A stretch of 24,040 nucleotides of DNA from a virus (taxonomy: Duplodnaviria > Caudoviricetes). Below are positions 23,566-24,040 of the stretch, piece by piece (position 1 is the first letter of the stretch; the number at the start of each line of letters is the position of its first letter). The DNA is taken from positions 1 to 24,040 of the IMG/VR virus record IMGVR_UViG_3300027373_000020; one strand, given 5' to 3'. Position numbers and translations under genes: made by a program. The notes beneath the pieces were generated by a model. It ran no database searches, had not been told where the DNA came from, and saw only the letters and a program-made list of their open reading frames with translations.

Positions 23566-24040
23566 CTACGGAGTAGGCGTAAACACTCCCGTTTCGCAAT
23601 CATAGGTACCATCTTCAAGTACGATTGCGCCTGCATACGAAGGAAGCGGGTTGTATGAAGAACATTCAATATCAAACGTCAGTCCCTTTTCAGATCCTGC
23701 AGCATCGCCTGAGGTGCCTTTAAATTTGACTGTTACGTCAAAATCATCTTCACCAATCACAACAGCTCTGAATTCGGTTTCGTGAGGAAGCAAAGCAACC
23801 ACAACCGCATTCGAGTTCAGGTATGATTTTGCGAGGGCTTTTGCAGCATTACTGATGTCAGGGAATTTAAACGTCCCTTTGTTGGTAAACATTTGATGAT
23901 CTTTTTCACCAACAGTTTCAAACTCAACTTTCCCCTTTCCCTGGGTTGTGTAAAGTTCGAGGAAGGTTTTGCCAGTGTTCATTTCATAATCTCCTGCCAG
24001 GGTCACAAACTCAGCTTCGGTAACCGGAGCCGAAATAACC
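23566..24040 (-). CDS. Probable major tail (tube) protein, 5' end beyond the window
   Basis: Frame is open to the right edge (VISAPVTEAEFVTLAGDY...); acidic beta-rich sequence followed by a strong terminator; function inferred. Confidence 0.55.
   Translation of the reverse strand, partial: VISAPVTEAEFVTLAGDYEMNTGKTFLELYTTQGKGKVEFETVGEKDHQMFTNKGTFKFPDISNAAKALAKSYLNSNAVVVALLPHETEFRAVVIGEDDFDVTVKFKGTSGDAAGSEKGLTFDIECSSYNPLPSYAGAIVLEDGTYDCETGVFTPTP

Larger units (their letters stand above)
1..24040 (-). mobile_element. Phage/prophage late region (siphovirus-like, Bacteroidota host), both ends outside the window
   Basis: Co-oriented minus-strand TerL, portal, TP901-type tape measure, tail fibre, holin and endolysin genes; no host housekeeping genes or att sites visible. 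Confidence 0.95.

Noticed and set aside
1-24040. Stop-codon reassignment, CRISPR array, tRNA or intron
   Set aside because: Genes tile densely in the standard code with TAA, TAG and TGA all used as stops; no repeat-spacer array; the 19078-19156 cloverleaf lacks tRNA D/T-loop motifs; terL and portal appear uninterrupted

Overview
The whole window is the late (packaging, morphogenesis, lysis) region of a siphovirus-type phage or prophage of a Bacteroidota host. The host is inferred from TAnnTTTG -7 promoter boxes, AT-rich translation starts and GNVGIG-type fibre repeats. All credible genes are on the minus strand. Reading right to left: probable major tail protein (cut by the window edge), conserved hypothetical, PLD-like protein, two TerS-like HTH proteins, TerL, a ~4.6 kb accessory island, portal, head-tail/neck genes, tape measure, tail tip/fibre genes (two DUF2793-type proteins, one a mosaic fibre), holin-like genes and an M15-family endolysin that the ORF track missed (cut by the left edge). 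The most interesting signals are non-coding. (1) A promoter-like motif TGTCCTTTT...TAnn(A/T)TT(G/A) with an exact 23-nt spacing occurs three times. (2) A C4/CI-like cloverleaf RNA with an alternative pairing lies ahead of an antirepressor operon. (3) A 27-bp palindrome sits inside the antirepressor coding sequence. (4) A stand-alone ArdC-like ssDNA-binding gene is flanked by ssDNA-origin-like hairpins and a possible packaging site between terL and portal. No DGR, CRISPR array, invertase or tRNA was seen. All family assignments are by motif recognition, not database search.
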